DNA from: a virus
Strand: one strand, 5' to 3'
IMG/VR virus record: IMGVR_UViG_3300042013_000045
Coordinates: 96,001-160,000 of that record
DNA: 64,000 nt
Below the pieces are notes generated by a model. That model had not been told where the DNA came from. It made no database searches and saw nothing but the letters and a program-made list of their open reading frames with translations. The translations under genes were made by a program, and so were the position numbers. Below, piece after piece: positions 63,548 through 64,000 of the stretch. Positions within the stretch are counted from its first letter, which is position 1. The number at the start of each line of letters is the position of its first letter.

Positions 63548-63986
63548 CAGCCTCCTTCTTTAGTACGCCAGTACCGATCAATAACGCTTGTTCATGACCA
63601 TGGTTCCAGTTGTGGTTGAAGTCCCGCAACTCTTTCATGGTCATGATCGGGCACTTAACATTGTAGTTGGGCAATTGACCAAACGACAGTTGTTCTAGGA
63701 TCGGGATCATCGGGGCCCAATCGTGTTCGGTGCTCTTGAGCTGAAGATCCAACTCACGCAATGCGCCGTCTACACCTTCGCCAAAACCTACCGGGAACCA
63801 TTCGCTCTTACCGAGTCCCCACAGTTCCCATTCGCTGTCAGCATTGAAGTCACCCATAGTGCCCATCAACTGACTAGCGATGTCTTCCTTCATGACAAAT
63901 GCCACGTAGTTCCCGAACCGGTACTCGGCAGCGACTACCGTGAACCCGGCCGTCACATGAAGGAACCCTTCAATAGACTTGAACAT
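63531..63986 (-). CDS. Hypothetical protein
   Basis: GAGGA RBS. Confidence 0.65.
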   Translation of the reverse strand: MFKSIEGFLHVTAGFTVVAAEYRFGNYVAFVMKEDIASQLMGTMGDFNADSEWELWGLGKSEWFPVGFGEGVDGALRELDLQLKSTEHDWAPMIPILEQLSFGQLPNYNVKCPIMTMKELRDFNHNWNHGHEQALLIGTGVLKKEAGDAAT

Positions 63987-64000
63987 GATTAGTCCTCGCC

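Noticed and set aside
1-64000. CRISPR array, diversity-generating retroelement, retron, integrase or IS element
   Set aside because: No regularly spaced direct repeats, reverse transcriptase, recombinase or transposase motifs were seen

Overview
A 64 kb segment of a lytic jumbo bacteriophage genome, inferred to be phiKZ-like (Chimalliviridae-type) and to infect Pseudomonas. It is densely packed, mostly minus-strand genes. Recognisable products are an SF2/SNF2-like helicase, an internal-head-like protein with S-x-E protease sites, an AAA ATPase, i-/o-spanins, DHFR, an NAD-dependent DNA ligase, SspB, a macrodomain protein, a DEDDh exonuclease, an HslV-like Ntn-hydrolase pair and many scattered tail-fibre/lectin modules. 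It also carries Pseudomonas alginate-related genes: an AmrZ DNA-binding domain, an AlgP/H1-like protein and a PL7 alginate lyase. Five canonical tRNAs (Asp, Trp, Tyr, Gln, Asn) lie at 43.8-46.7 kb. The most striking unexplained signal is non-coding. Interleaved with the tRNAs are four tRNA-like RNAs that keep D- and T-arms but have the anticodon arm replaced by larger hairpin domains, and three further structured RNAs (about 110-410 nt) ending in ACCA. A separate hairpin-rich ~800 nt region at 14.1-14.9 kb looks like a stand-alone large ncRNA. Recurrent regulatory motifs are also visible: TACATTRY early-type promoters with 5' leader hairpins, TATG late-type starts, and hairpin+TATGCCG terminators. 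All calls come from reading motifs by eye; no searches or folding programs were run.
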